From positions 133,364,001 through 133,428,000 of the forward strand of contig NW_024704742.1 in assembly GCF_018977255.1 (NCBI RefSeq): a DNA stretch of 64,000 bases, given 5' to 3'. The notes under the pieces were generated by a model that saw only the letters and a program-made list of their open reading frames with translations, did no database searches and was not told where the DNA came from. Source of the DNA: Callorhinchus milii. Its lineage: Eukaryota. Every line of letters starts with the position of its first letter. The stretch's first letter is position 1. The position numbers and the translations under genes were made by a program. Of this stretch, positions 26,236 to 38,202 are shown in pieces.

Positions 26236-26935
26236 ATTGGAAAAGGAAAAACGTAACAGGGTAAGGAGGGGGAGTGAAAATAACTTTCAGAGAGCTAACA
26301 TGATGGGCTGAATGGCCTACTTCTGAGCTGTAAAAGCATAGAATCAGAAAAAATGGAAAAGGACTGTGTTGAAGATCAGTGAGAGGGTAAGAAACAGGGT
26401 TGAGAGGGTGAGCGAACAGAGGTAAAATGAAAAGCAGGAAGGATAGAAATCCGAAGTCAGAGTGAAGCACAATAATAGACAAAGAATTAGAAAGAGTGAG
26501 AGAGAGATCAGCAAAGAGATACTAAGGACAAATGACAATGAGAGATTAGGCAGTGAGACACAGAGAGAAAGGAAGGCAGAGTGAGGAAGAATGTAATTGA
26601 GACCTGCATTCAATGAACCCCATAAGTCTTGCTTTTATATGTTATGTTTTACAATTTATATTGAGGCCACATGTCTGGAAGGCTGAAAGTGGTTTCTTTG
26701 CAGTTGTTTATGTTTCGGGTTGGACGGCTTCTGAACGATTGTGTCTCTGAACTGCACACAGCCCTGAGTTCCGTTCCTGAAAGGCAGGCACTGCTGTGAC
26801 CATGAATGAACTCCAGCTCACACAGACCACTGCAAAAGCTCTCAGTGAAAGGGAGCTCCTGCCCAATTAAAGGGTGAATCCTCCAAAGCACTGGACCATT
26901 CAATGTACCATCACTGTGCTATTACTGTACCATTG

Positions 26936-27290
26936 TAGAGTCCCATAGTGCAGTGTTTAGCGTGCTCATCTCGTAAGCGAGAGACCTAGGTTCAATTCCC
27001 GGATGGGCAAAATCTTATTCCTTAATCCACGTGCCTCTGTTTACCCAGTGGTAAGTAGGAACACGGTTGGTAGGTGATTGTCAGATCTCTTTGCCTGGGG
27101 TAATAATTCCTCAAAAAGATATTGGTCACTCAATGTGCAACTGTTTGTGGGACACTGCTGTGCACAATTGGCTGCTGCACAAAATCCACAGTCAATCCAT
27201 TTTATAATATACTCTATAAAGCATTTGAGACGTCTCAACAACATGCCAAGGCTTCATATTAAATGCAGATAACTATTGGTAATATTATTC
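26936..27290 (+). mobile_element. SINE family A
   Basis: tRNA-like head, body and tail are all present. Confidence 0.82.
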
Positions 27291-27845
27291 ACTGTACCAT
27301 CACTGTGCTAAGCAGAAGAGCACAGAATAGACCAGGGCACATCACATTGCTGCTTACAGCACAAAATTCCACCTTGTCTTAGGCTGTAAGCCCATTTTGT
27401 CTTTAAATTTAAGACCGCACAAAATTAATTTTGTAATCGTTGGATTTGATATAGGCGTCAGGAGGATATCTCAAAGCTCATCATAGAATTGACTAGAAAG
27501 AGTAGTGACTGTATTTGGTAAGCAATCTGCACACAACAGTTTCCCAAAGACAGCCATGAAGTGAATCCAAAGGATGGTACCTTCAATAATGTAGCCCTCC
27601 TTCAGTACTGTACTGGTGTGTCAGTCTGGATTATATATGTTCAAAGTCCTGACATGGGACTTGATCCCACAATAATAATAATAATAATAATAATCCTTGC
27701 ATTTGATATAGCGCTTTTCACGTCGGGAGGACGTCCCAAAGCGCTTCACAGAACACACTGTAAAGTGAATTGACTGTATATTTGTGGGCGAACGCGGCAG
27801 CCAATTGCGCACAGCAATGTCCCACAAACAGTCGTAGACCTTCTG

Positions 27846-28749
27846 GACGAGAGACAACTTTCTTCAGCTCAACGTGCGTAAAACTGAGGCCCACCTAATT
27901 AGCTCACGTCAGCGCCTCCGCACCTCAGGCGCTGACAGCATCAGCATCCAAGGCTGCACTCTCCACCTCTCAAAGCCGTCAGGAACCTCGGGGTTCTGTT
28001 CGACCCTGAGCTGTCCTTTCTCCCTCATATCAGCGCCACAACTGGCAGCGCCTTCCATCGCCTCCGGAACATCGCCAGACTACGGCACTACCTCACCCCT
28101 CACGCTGCTGAAACACTGGTCCACACCTTTTTCACCTCAAGGCTGGACTATGGGAACTCTCTCCTCGCCGGCCTTCCCGGCACCTCCCTCCACACTGCAG
28201 AACATTCAGAACTCTGCAGCTGGTGTACTGTCCCGCACCAGACTTCGGGACCACATCACTCCCACCCTCGCTCATCTCCACCGGCTCCCCATCCCCCAGA
28301 GGATCAAATTCAAGATCCTCATCCTCACCTACAAGGCCATTCACGGCCTTGCTCCCTCCTACCTCTCTGACCTACTATCCCCCTACTTACCTTCCCATAC
28401 CCTCCGTTCCTCTGGCTCCGGTCTGCTCCACATACCCCGCCCCAACCGCCCTACCATCGGTGGCCGGGCCTTCAGCCTCTCAGCCCCTAGTCTCTGGAAC
28501 TCCATCCCCCAGTGCCTTCGCCTTGCTTCCTCCCTTTCCTCTTTCAAGGCCGGTCTCAAGACCTTTCTCTTTGACTGTGCCTTCAGCTCCCCTTTCGACT
28601 CTCTACCCCCTCCTCGCTCCCTCCCTTCCCTCCCCTCACCCTGACCATTTCCCCTGCTCAGGTCCCGACCCAACTGTCCAGCGCCTTGGGACGTCCTCCC
28701 GACGTGAAAGGCGCTCTATAAATGGAATCTTGTTGTTGTTGTTGGTGTT
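27846..28749 (+). mobile_element. L2 LINE, 5'-truncated (RT C-terminus, 3'UTR and (TTG)n tail)
   Basis: NFLQLNV.KTE, HITPTLAHLHRLPIPQRIKFKILILTYKAIHGLAPSYLSDLL and GGRAFSLSAPSLWNSIP..FKAGLKTFLF are L2 ORF2 motifs; frameshifted. Confidence 0.93.
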
Positions 28750-29439
28750 ATGACTCAAAGGCAAGAGTGCTACTGAGTCAGGCTGAGACCTATGCAAAAA
28801 TTATGCAAAAGTCTTGATTTGGAAGTTAGTTTGCAGCTGTTCCTTTGGTGTCAGCTTGGCTCCAATTGGTTGAGTTTAGAAGATTTGTGGATTTGTCCAC
28901 TTGAACAAGCAGACGGGATCTCGGTTTATCATCTTATCCAAAGGATGGCATCTCCAACAATGTAGGACTCCCCCAGCATTGCGCTTGAGTGTTAGCTTTA
29001 CGTAGTTAACTATGTGAGATCAGAGTCCTGACTCAGGACAAAGCACTATAATCAATGCAAAGTGTTCCCGGTGTCTGTCTTAATGTTACCATTCGCAAAG
29101 GTTTCTCAATTTCAAAGGTACTTTTATTTTTGCTTCCACTTTCTGTTTGTTTATATAGTACTGAAGATAAGTGCTGCTATATTTCACAGAACTTATAGAA
29201 ATCCATGTTATTTATGTCTTGTACTTAATATTTATTTTAAAGTGAAGTTAACTACATATGACTGTTATCCAATTTGAAATACAAGCCTTTTTTATTTACT
29301 TCCAAAAAGCTTGTGTGGTTCTTTGACTAAACACTCTCCTTAGATTGATAGAAAGGTTACAGCACAGTTCAGAGGCAATTTGGAACATTGTGTTTGTTCT
29401 GGACTGAGCTAAATCAGGGATATTGTCCTAACTCGCTTT

Positions 29440-29625
29440 GGGTTAATCCTGTGAATGGCGTTGAGATGATTGAGAGGAGCGGACCTGACAGAGTTGTCTA
29501 AGATTATGAAAGGATTCGATAAGATGGATGTTGACTGGCTGTTTCCATTTATTGGTGCATCCAAAACTAGAGGGTGTAAAAGTCTAAGATAGTCAATGCT
29601 AGACCTGATAGGAAGTTTATGAGGA
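29440..29625 (+). mobile_element. CR1 LINE 3' fragment
   Basis: agatgattgagaggagcggacctgacagagttgtctaagattatgaaaggattcgataagatggat (R.DL.E..KIMKGFDK-like). Confidence 0.65.
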
Positions 29626-29627
29626 AC

Positions 29628-29830
29628 TTTTTTTTTGGTCAGCTGAGTATCTGACACTTGCAGAAACCCGTTACCTTGTTTAAAAGTCTCCAAACCAAGC
29701 TGAGAATTCCAGGCATCCCACCTACACATGAAATTCCCAGAGATAGATTGTTGGAATGGAATGCGCACTCTCTCCCTGGAGGGACACATCCTGTTTACCT
29801 AATTCCCGAAAGTATTAGGCGCAGGTTGAT
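29628..29830. repeat. Family C repeat, partial
   Basis: ttttttggtcagctg...gcagaaaccc...ggaatgcgcactctctccc...gtattaggcgcagg. Confidence 0.85.
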
Positions 29831-30559
29831 TAGATTAGCAGGCGTCGCAAAACCTTAGGCAAGTTTCCTTACTCCACATGTCTCGGTTTAACTTGCAGTA
29901 AGTGGGAGCCCGGTCGTTAGTCGATTGGCAGATCAATTTACAATATATTCTGTGAAGTGCTTTGAGGTGTCTCAACGACATGATAAGGCACTATATCAAA
30001 TGTAAGGATTATTATTTTTATTATGTTATTCCCACAGTGTTTCCTCTTGCCTGCTCAGCCACTTAAAGAGGGTGCCGTTGGCAGGAGTCCCAGAGATGTT
30101 AGTGACCTGGGCCATGCTGTGCTGACCAAGGAGGCGAGCGTTGACACGGGCCATCAACTCAGAGGAAAAAATAACACATAGAACATTACACCAATAAAAA
30201 AAGTTTCAAATAGATTAAACTCGCCTCAGAAAACCATCATTCAGCTCAAAGGGCTCATTATCATTGGTATATCTTGTGTCAATTTGACATGGTTTTGCGC
30301 ATTTTACTGCTGGTAAAGTCTAGGTTGCGTCAGATGCTCCCAAAGCTGCCCTTATGTTCTTATTGTTATAGGCATGGACAAATGTTGTCCATTTGTCATT
30401 TGACTAAGTTGTCACTGCATGCATTCAGATGCCAGTGAGCAGAACTATACTCATGCGTTTAAATGCATTGTGTGCTTGTCTGTGGTTGTGCACGGAGCGA
30501 TGGATCAATTAACTCAATGTTATCAGCCTATTCTCCTATCGGGTACTTGTGTTCAGCCA

Positions 30560-31165
30560 GTTCACAAGATTTATTGTAATGCTTAGCGACTATGTACTTT
30601 GTAGGCAAACACGGCAGCCAATGTGCACACATCAATGTCCGACAAACAGCAATGAAGCGAATGAGAAATCTTATTTTGGGGTGGTGGGGTTTCTTGGCCA
30701 GGACATCAGGAGAAACTCCCTTCTCTCTCCTGGTACCCTCAACGTCCACCTGAACAGGCAGAGGGCACCTTGGTCTAACTTCTCATCGTAAGGACAGCAC
30801 CTCCAATGCAGCTCACTTATTACTTACTTATCAGCCTGGCTCAATCAATAGCTCTCTCACCTCGGAGTCAGAAAGTTGTGGGTTCAAGTAGCCGTGTTGG
30901 GACTTTGGATTCACAGACTAGGCTGACACTCCAGTGCAGTGCTAGAGTGAGCTGTATTGTTGGAGGTGCCGCCCTTCGAATGAGAAGTTAAACCGAGGTG
31001 CCATCTGCCCATTCAGGTGGACATTGAAGGTACCAGAAAAGAGAAGCAAGTTTCTCCTGGTGTCCTGGCCAACAATCCCCCAAAATAAAATTTGTCATTC
31101 ACTTCATTGCTGTTTGTCGGACATGGCTGTGTGCACATTTTCTGCAAAGTACACAGTCATTACAC
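30560..31165. mobile_element. Divergent inverted pair of Deu-domain SINEs (- 30560-30817, + 30830-31165)
   Basis: The arms are reverse complements and share private variants. Confidence 0.85.
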
Positions 31166-31385
31166 GCTATGCGGTTTTAACTGGTTAGACTCCAGCAGTT
31201 ACCCCAAGCAGATTCTGGGGTCCCCAAGCCTTAGCTCTTGCTTAAAACTCTCTGGAATTAGGTGAGCATGTGCGTTCCTTCAGGGAGAGAAGTCACAGGG
31301 AGATTTTCGTTACGTGTGTGGAATTCTCCATCTGGGTTTGGGTCCACTTAAGCATAATGATGTGCCAGAACCTGGCTGCCCAAAA
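31166..31385. repeat. Family C repeat, internally deleted
   Basis: gctatgcggttttaactggttagactccagcagttacccc...ctctggaattagg. Confidence 0.75.
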
Positions 31386-31661
31386 TAATGAAGTTGGAAT
31401 TCGGATCACAAGACTTCAGTGGTGTGAAGTGAAATGTCTGGAAGCAATAAAGGCATATTTCCAGGAGTTCAGTCCATTATTTTCCTCTGATTGGGCTGTT
31501 AAACAGCACATATCTTCAGTTGGTTCTCTCAACTAGCTTCCAAAAACCTCTACACAAAGTGCTTGGGTGTTCCGTATTTTAATTGGAATGTAAACTGTTC
31601 AAAGGATTTTAAGTTCAATGGCACTTCAATACCACGTTAAATGGTGCACTTGCTGTTTTTT

Positions 31662-32200
31662 GGTGTCAGCCTGGCTCAGTTTGTAGCACTCTTACCTAGG
31701 AATAAGATTGGTTGCGGGTTCAAGTCCCACATTGGGAATTGGAACTCGTATAGTGTAGATTGACACTCCAGTGCAGTACTGGGGTGGTGCTGCGTTGTTG
31801 GAGGTGTATCTTTCGAATGAGATAAGGTTTCGTCCACAAACACACAGTCAATCCGCTTTACAATATATTTTGTGAAGCACTTTGAGATGTTTCGACGACG
31901 TAATAAGGTGCTATGTGAAATGCAAGGATTATTATTATTATAAGGTTCCTCTTTAGGTGGATGGATGTTAAAGGTCCATGGCACTGTTTGCAAAGGGAAG
32001 GCAGTTTCTCCAGGTGTCATGGCCAACAATCCCCCAGATAAAATCGATCATTCACTTCATGGCTGTCTGTGGGACGTTGCTGTGCACAAGTTGCCTGCTA
32101 CTTCAACTTACAAAATACACATCAACTATACTTTACAGTATGACCTGTGAAGTGCTTTGAGATGTCCTACCTTCATATGTAATGTAATTATTATTATTTG
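31662..32200 (+). mobile_element. Deu-domain SINE with a nested SINE-A tail (~31828-31940)
   Basis: Head ggtgtcagcctggctcagtt; the insert is flanked by ataaggtt on both sides. Confidence 0.82.
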
Positions 32201-32441
32201 CTACTATTACAGGTATTAATTAAATCATCTATGCCATACTCAGATATAATTAAACCATTTGCAAAAATGCTCTTGAAAGGATGAAACTAAGATGAGTTTT
32301 TACTTTGTCACTGTTGTCTCCTCCCAAACTCTCCCCCTGCCCACCACCAAGCCTCAACAAACCAAAACCATGTAAATCGTCGGTGTTCAATGCAGATCAG
32401 AGTCCCCTGAAACACCCACATGCTTCACAATTAATAGACTT

Positions 32442-32728
32442 AATAATAATCCTTGCATTTGATATAGCACCTTATCATGTCGATGAGACGTCTCAAGCAT
32501 TTCACAGAATATACTATAAAGTATACTTGGTCGGCGAAATGTGGCAACCAATTGACACAGCAGTGTCCCATAAACAGTTGTGGATAGAGTGATCGAATTA
32601 CTATTATTTATTTGCTTTAGGGGATTATTACGCCCAGAAAGTGATCTGCTAATCAACTAACAACAGGGTTCCTACTTACTGCTAGGTAAACAGAGGCGAG
32701 TGGAGTAAGGAAACTTGCCTGAGGTTTG
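32442..32728 (-). mobile_element. SINE family A, body and tail
   Basis: Reverse complement of the family A tail and body up to aaacttgcctgaggttt. Confidence 0.85.
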
Positions 32729-32936
32729 AAACAAAAACAGAGAGAGCTGGGAAAACTCAGAAGGTCAGGCAGCATCTATGAAGAAAGGAAAGTGAGTCAA
32801 CATTTTGGATCCACGACCCTTCGTCAGTTGCACCTGCACTTTCCTTTCTCCATAGATGCTGCCTGACCTGCTGAGTTTTCCCAGCTCTCTCTGTTTTTGT
32901 TTCAGATTTCCAGCATCTGCCGTATTTTGTGTTTTG
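32729..32936. mobile_element. Penelope-like element remnant: inverted pseudo-LTR pair with a 14-bp TSD
   Basis: ttgcctgaggtttg is duplicated at 32715-32728 and 32937-32950. The arms (~32727-32790 and ~32840-32904) contain gatgctgcctgacctgctgag, typical of shark Penelope termini. Confidence 0.8.
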
Positions 32937-33924
32937 TTGCCTGAGGTTTGGTTAGCTCTCCTCTTTACTGTTGGTGAGATTTTCCACAAAAAGATTGAGG
33001 AAGCACTAATCAGGTTTGCCTTATGTGTCGTTGGTTCTATTATCTTAATGTCTCACCTGAGGGACTGTCTGGCTCGCAGAGACTAATGCCCTCACTGGGA
33101 AGGATAAAAGCTTTCCTTTCGCCTGAAAAACACATGTTGGCAACATATGCAGTAAAGTGATATTTTACCCAAGGGATTCCCAGACACCAGTCTTGTGTCA
33201 TTGTTACAGCCCTTTCAAGATGGATTGAGATGAGTGCAATTTAACTGCGTCCCCAGCATATTATTTAGTCAATTCACTTCACAGTATATCCCGTGAAGCA
33301 CTTTGAGACGTCTCGAAGATGTGATAAGGAACTATATCAAATGCAAGGATTATTATTAATATTATTATTATATTGGGAGTCAGCTTGCAACAGAATGCGT
33401 TCAAGAATAAAGATGAAACATAAATTTACAAGAATATTTAGATTCACAAACCAGAACAATACGAATTTACATTGATACATCTACGATGTCCCAAACCGCT
33501 TCACACGATTTACTGTGAAGTGAGTTGACTGTGCATTTTGTAGGCAAATGCAGCAGCCAAATTGCACACATTACCAGCTGTAACAGTGGAGTGAGCTCTC
33601 CAAGAAAGATTAGAAAGCTTGTAGCTTTCCTCCAAAGGAGGCAAGATGATTGAGAGAGGGACCTTTTAGAAGTGTTCAAGGATTCGCTAAGGTGGACACA
33701 GACAGGCTGTTTCCATTTGTTTCTCCTCTGCCTCAGGGTGGTGAAATTATTTTAGTGAAGTCGTGACCAAATTAAGACCAGATTTAAGTATTTTCCAAAA
33801 TTCTGCACCATCTTAAATCTTGAAGCACAACAGACTCACTGGCTGCGATCAGGAGAAATCCCGAGTATTGGATTCACTGAGTCACATCCTGATAGGCACT
33901 TGGTTCAAGCAAGACTTATCTTAA

Positions 33925-34362
33925 TAATCATAATCCTTGCATTTGATATGGAGCCTTATCACATCGTTGAGACGTCTCAAAGCGCTTCACAGGATAGTGT
34001 AGTGTGGATTGACTGTGTATTTTGCAGGCAAATGTGGCAGCCAGTTGCGCACAGAAGTGTCCCACAAACAGCCATGGAGTGGGTGACCAATTTTATTTGG
34101 GGAATTGTTGGCCAGGACACCGGGAGAAACTCCTTTCTCTTTTTGAATAGTGCCATGGGATCTTTAACATCCACCTGAACAGGCAGTTGAGACCTTGGGT
34201 TAACTTCTCATCTGAAGGATGGCACCTGCTAGAGTGTAACACCTCTCCAGCACTGCATTGGAGGGTCAGCTTTGACATGTGATTCAAGTCTGAACGTGGA
34301 GCTTGAACCTGCAACCTTCTGATCTAGAGGTGAGAGTTCTGCCACTGCACCAGGCTGACACA
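33925..34362 (-). mobile_element. Deu-domain SINE (family B), full-length
   Basis: Complete from tail to head (caccaggctgacac). Confidence 0.9.
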
Positions 34363-35924
34363 CAAAGCTTGCAACCTCCTGGGGTGTGATGATCACACGT
34401 GACATCTAACCATCTGCTCAAACCTTGGTGAAAATGCACTGAGATCTATTTGATGGCCGCTCCTGTGGAGACAGAGCAGGAGCTGCTCTTCAACCCTTTA
34501 TTATAATAAACCTTGCATTAAATATAGCGCCTTATGTCATTGAGATCTCAAAGCGCATCACAGGATTTTACTGTGAAGGGTAGTGACTGCATATTTGTGG
34601 GTAAATACGACAGCCAATTTGCGCACAGCAATGTCCCACATACCGTCGTGAAGTGAATGACCAATTTTATTGTTGGGTTGGAGGGGGTGCAGGTTCTTGA
34701 ATGCACGGACAAGGATTTTGAATTCAAAACCACTAGAGGAATGGAAGAGCTAATGGAGCTAAGCGAGGCTGGTTGGAGCGGGTTAAAGTCTTGCAGAGCC
34801 TGGTAAAAGCAATACAGCGTTGAAGCAGTTAAATGGATGAGCAAGCATATACTACTGTAGCTTTATAAACAACACTCACACAAGAATGTTTAATGCATTG
34901 CAAGTGTGCTTTTTAAGAGATCCTGTTTTGCTCAGCGGGGAAGTTTTCCTTTACCAAGGAGACTCGACAGACATTTAGAAATGAGAGAATAGAAATGAGA
35001 GGGGGCTGCAAGGAGGAGAGGAGAAAGAGCTTTATGTAAGAATCAATCAATTTTCAACCACCCACCCCCGAGAATTATATTGTAAAATCTGCTAAAGTTC
35101 ATTAAGTATAAACATCAGCAAAGGTACATTAGACCCTTGGACTGTTCTGTATCTACAAGACTTTCCTCCGCCTCAAGAGAGTTGCCTAAGGCAAGCTGGT
35201 ACATTTCGCCAGAAGTATCACATAACAAGTCCATAGAAAACTGAAACACAATCTGGTTCCAATTTCCCCAGCAACCTGAGTACAAAGTACTGCAGATGCA
35301 CAGATTAATAGTGGTTTCATTCATTTTGCCAATCACTGAGCTTACCTCTCTGTTTATCTAGCAGTAAGTAGGAACCCAGTTGTCAGTCGATTGCCGATGC
35401 TTTCCCGGGTAATAATCCATCCAAAAAAATAAAATAATAATAATAATTTGGTCACTCAATCCACGACTGTTTGTAAAGCGCTGATAGTCGCAATTGACTG
35501 CCACGTTTTGCCCATAAAATACACAGTCAATTCACTTAACAGTATATTCTGTGAAGCACTTGGGAACGTCTCAGCGACGTGATAAATCGCTATACCAAAA
35601 GCAAGAATTATTAAAATTTTATTATCACCTCTTAATCCTCATTCGGCTCCACTGGCTCCACTTTTCCCCCAGTGGCTTCAATTCAAGATCCTGGTTCTTG
35701 TGTTCAAACCCTTCCTCAGCCTCGCCCACACCCCAACCTCTGTTGCTTTTCATCACGGACCGCTCCCACTGCTCAGTGAATGCCGGCCTGCTTCATATCC
35801 TCTGCCGTGTTCAACCCACCATCAATGTGTGAGCTTTCAGCTATTCTACACCCGCAGGTCAGCTCTAGACATTTCTGACGTGGATTAGTTCAGCCTGTTT
35901 CTATGCCATATTATTCTATGTAAT

Positions 35925-36613
35925 AATAGTAAGCTTTGTATTTGAATAGTGCCTTATCGGGTTGTTGAGACATCTCAAAGTGCTTCACAGAATATACTGT
36001 AAAGTGAATTGACTGTATATTTTGTGGGCGAAACTTGATAGCCAATTGCGCACAGCAGTGTCCCACAAACAGTGACCAAATTATCATTATTCACTTTTTT
36101 GAAGGGATTATTATCCCAGAAAGTGATCTGCCAATTGACTAACAACCGGGTTCCTACTTACTGCTCGGTAAATAATAATAATAATAATCCTTGCATTTGA
36201 TATAGCGCTTTTCACGTCGGGAGGACGTCCCAAAGCGCTTCACAGAACACACTGTAAAGTGAATTGACTGTATATTTGTGGGCGAACGCAGCAGCCAATT
36301 GCGCACAGCAATGTCCCACAAACAGTCGTAGATTGAAAATGACCAATTTATTATTGTTTTTGGTTTTGGAGGGATTATTATTAGACTCTGTGTGGAGTAA
36401 GGAAACTTGCCCAAGGTTTCGCCCTGACCTGCCTGGAATTGAACTCAGGTCTCTCGCTTGCAAAGCGAGTGCTCTAACCACTGAGCTACAGGACTCCTCA
36501 TAGAGGTATGTGGAGTAAGGAAACACTGTCTCACTTTTCACCCCGCCCGGGAATCAAACTCGGGTCCTCTCGCTTACGTGGCGAGTTCTCTAACCAATAA
36601 GCTACAGGACTCC
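35925..36613 (-). mobile_element. Long SINE-A with a nested short-subfamily SINE-A (36171-36497)
   Basis: The host breaks at ctgctcggtaa and resumes at tagaggtatgtggagtaagg; the insert is a complete short copy. Confidence 0.9.
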
Positions 36614-37350
36614 AAAGTGAGTTACATACTATGTAACTGTGAAACAGCTGGATACCTGCAGGATTTGGTGCATTTCTTTGCCTTTTATCCCTTCCCCCCG
36701 CCATCTTACATATTCCGCAGATTTCTTGTCCAACAACTATGAATCTAAAGTTCCCTCTGGAGTTTGCTGACACAATCTGCTTTCAGCATGGTCCTTCCTT
36801 GCCTTTATATAATGCCCCTCATGCAGGGTAGTGTCCCAGAGCACTTGACCATGCCACAGGCCACAGTTCCTGTGTAAAATGATTATCTAAGCTTTTCATC
36901 CACTTGGACAGTTGGACAATGCTGCATTATGCCATCAGAAGGGGTGGAAAAGGAGGGTGGGGAGGGGGGGAGGTGTATGTTGGCCCCTCACAGTCTCGGA
37001 GGCGATCAACAACAAGTTACATTTGTATAGCGCCCTTCACATCGGAAAGACGTCCCAGGGTGCTAGACAATCAGGCATTTTGAACCCGAGCTGGGAACTG
37101 GGGTCAGAAGGGGAAGAAGGCATGGGTGGGTGGGGGTGGGAGGGTGGCTGAAGGCGAAGAGGAAGGTCTTCCAGAGTGTGGGGGCAGAGATGCTAAATGC
37201 CCGACTGGTGGGGCGGGAATTTTGGGGTACCTGAAGCAGGCCGGTGTCCACTGAATGGAGGGAGCAGACAGGCTGATATTGGGTTATGAGGTCGGAGAGT
37301 TAGGGGGGAGCAAGACTGTGGAGAGGCTTGAAGGTAACAGCAAGGATTTT

Positions 37351-37456
37351 ATAACAAAGACAGAAGTCGCTGGGAACACTCAGCAGGTCAGGCAGCATCT
37401 ATGGAGGAAGGAAAGTGAGTCAACGTTTCGGGTTCACGACCCTTCGTCAGAACTGA
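37351..37456 (-). mobile_element. Penelope-like pseudo-LTR fragment
   Basis: Homologous to the 32729 element. Flanked by caaggatttt (37341-37350) and caagggtttt (37457-37466), a 9/10 TSD. Confidence 0.8.
37418..37454 (-). ncRNA. Minimal type I hammerhead ribozyme motif
   Basis: RNA reads AGUU CUGACGA A GGGU CGUGA ACCC GAAA CG UU GACU. Core boxes CUGANGA and GAAA, helix II GGGU/ACCC, helix I AGUU/GACU, and palindromic AACGUU in place of helix III. Confidence 0.7.
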
Positions 37457-38202
37457 CAAGGGTTTTGTACTTGATTCTTTGAGGAATAGGGAGCTAGTGA
37501 AGCCCAGCAAGAAAAAAGGTGATAGGTTCCTGGAGCCTGGTGCGGGAGAGGACACGGGCTGTTGAGTTTCGAATAATCTGCAGTTTGTGGAGGGAAGAGT
37601 TGGAAAGTCCAGTGAGCAGGCAGTTGGTGAAGTCAAGCCGGGACATAATGAAAACATGGATCAGGCCTGTGGTGAGAGGCAGTAGAGGAGGCGGGCAATG
37701 TTGCGGAGTTGTGGAAAGATGGAACGGGTCACGGTGCACATGTGGGGTTTGAAGGATAGCTGAGGGTCGAAAAGGACACTGAGGTTTCAGATTGGCTCTG
37801 TGAGGTGAAGAGTGGGGTCGAGGGTTCTTATAATTCTGTGGCTGAAAGCTTCTTTTGACTCTCCATTCTCCCAACTTTTATTGTTATCGATCCACCGGCC
37901 AGCAGGAATGATCCAAGGCATTGTTCGAAACAATTATCACATGAGCCATTTGCTCCCTTGTGTACATAGTTAGTGGTTTTACATTTTTGACATTCCTGAT
38001 GCCTTTGTTTTCATACTCTGGCCTCCCTCGCTCTCTTTAATCCTATAAATGGGCTTCTTCAGCTCAATTGTTCCAATTCTGATCTGTTGTACATTCCAAC
38101 ATTCACATCCCTTGCCAACTTTCTTCCCTTCCTCTCCCGCAGGCATTTGACTCCTCTTTATCCTTTATGTTGCTAACCTAGGTTCTGTGGTATTGTTCAA
38201 TT

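Larger units (their letters stand above)
37007..37800 (-). mobile_element. L2 LINE 3' fragment, interrupted at 37351-37456
   Basis: IHVFIMSRLDF.N.LL.GL..SSLHKLQIIRNSTARVLSRTR and RAFSISAPTLWK motifs, plus a (TTG)n tail. Confidence 0.88.

Noticed and set aside
27874..28644. 256-aa ORF as a host gene
   Set aside because: Frameshifted L2 ORF2 C-terminus.
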